Positions 63,249 through 64,000 of a DNA stretch of 64,000 nt are shown here, piece after piece. This DNA comes from Harriotta raleighana. Taxonomy: Eukaryota. Position numbers and translations under genes: made by a program. Below the pieces are notes generated by a model, which ran no database searches, was not told the origin of the DNA, and saw only the letters and a program-made list of their open reading frames with translations. The stretch is taken from contig JBNZDD010013625.1 in NCBI GenBank assembly GCA_050575255.1, positions 2,909,362 through 2,973,361 of the forward strand, in the 5' to 3' direction. Every line of letters starts with the position of its first letter. Positions within the stretch are counted from its first letter, which is position 1.

Positions 63249-63416
63249 CAAGGATAATGCCACCAGACAGGCTAACACACACCAATACTGCTTATTGAGA
63301 AAGAGAGGCAAGAGGATTAGAAGGGATTCACGGCCTGTGCCACTGAAGTGGTAACAAGCACCATCAACAGCTGTCGGGTGGACGTGAAGTATTATACGCT
63401 GTTGTTTCGCCCACAG

Positions 63417-63650
63417 GATGTGGTGGTGATTGGAGCAGAGACTCTCAGCTCTTCGAGTTATGTCCAGCTGGATTCCCAAGCCTGTCACATTCTGACTGAA
63501 CAGCTCAGCACCTACTGCCTGGTCGGGCGATCCATCAACAAGTCAGCCACCAAACGGCTGAAGTTGGCCATATTCGCCCCAGCGCTGTGTGAGTCCCTCG
63601 AGTACAGCATCCGTGTCTATTGCTTGGACGATATTCAGGATACTCTAAAG
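63417..63650 (+). CDS. UNC5C: UNC5C exon 12 (end of ZU5 region, start of UPA)
   Basis: cccacag|GATGT...TAAAG|gtacgt; 234 nt; DVVVIGAETLSSSSYVQLDSQACHILTEQLSTYCLVGRSINKSATKRLKLAIFAPALCESLEYSIRVYCLDDIQDTLK. Confidence 0.96.
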
Positions 63651-64000
63651 GTACGTGTTATACTATAACCCAGGGGCAATCTTCCTTTGAGTCACTCCCT
63701 GCGCAGAATCTAAAGGTACTTTCTGTCCCCGAATACACTGAGGTCATGAAGAGGTAACAATCCCATTTGGATCTTGATTTACTTTATTTTTCTTGGTGTT
63801 TCAAAGAGTCAAAAATAAATTTGGAAACACTGCCTTAATTTCAAAGCCAGTTTACTGTTTGCTTTCGGTCATCCCCCCACCCCCACCCCTGTGCATTTCC
63901 ATCCATCTTGATTCCAACCCCCTACACAGGTTCAAATCCTTGATGGTCCTGTGAAAGCAACATGAAAGGCTCTCTATAAATGCAACTTGTTGTTATTGTA

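Noticed and set aside
63404-63416. Exon 12 acceptor derived from the SINE core (GTTTCGCCCACA match)
   Set aside because: Only 12 nt match with no flanking similarity; the exon is ancient, so chance is a sufficient explanation.

Overview
Eukaryotic vertebrate genomic DNA. The SINE/L2/CR1 repeat complement suggests a cartilaginous fish, most likely a holocephalan (chimaera); this is an inference. The whole window lies inside one + strand gene, the netrin receptor UNC5C. Eleven core coding exons (Ig1 through TSP1 x2, TM, ZU5 and the start of UPA; exons 2-12 by homology) join in one continuous frame with GT-AG boundaries. A 57-nt juxtamembrane microexon at 49279-49335 is not captured by the ORF track. 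Exon 1 and the death-domain exons lie outside the window. Introns are dense in a tRNA-headed SINE with an L2-type tail, L2 and CR1 LINE 3' fragments, older Deu-domain SINEs, two MITEs and two Penelope-like remnants. Fourteen single 'n' characters mostly separate duplicated allelic copies (assembly bubbles). Two of these junctions are informative: one joins 50972 back to ~46660, as expected for a ~4.3 kb tandem duplication containing the microexon, and one shows a filled versus empty L2 insertion site. A composite retroposon with tandem Deu-like cores is present in four copies. Family names and orthologue comparisons are from memory of consensus sequences, not database searches; repeat boundaries are approximate.
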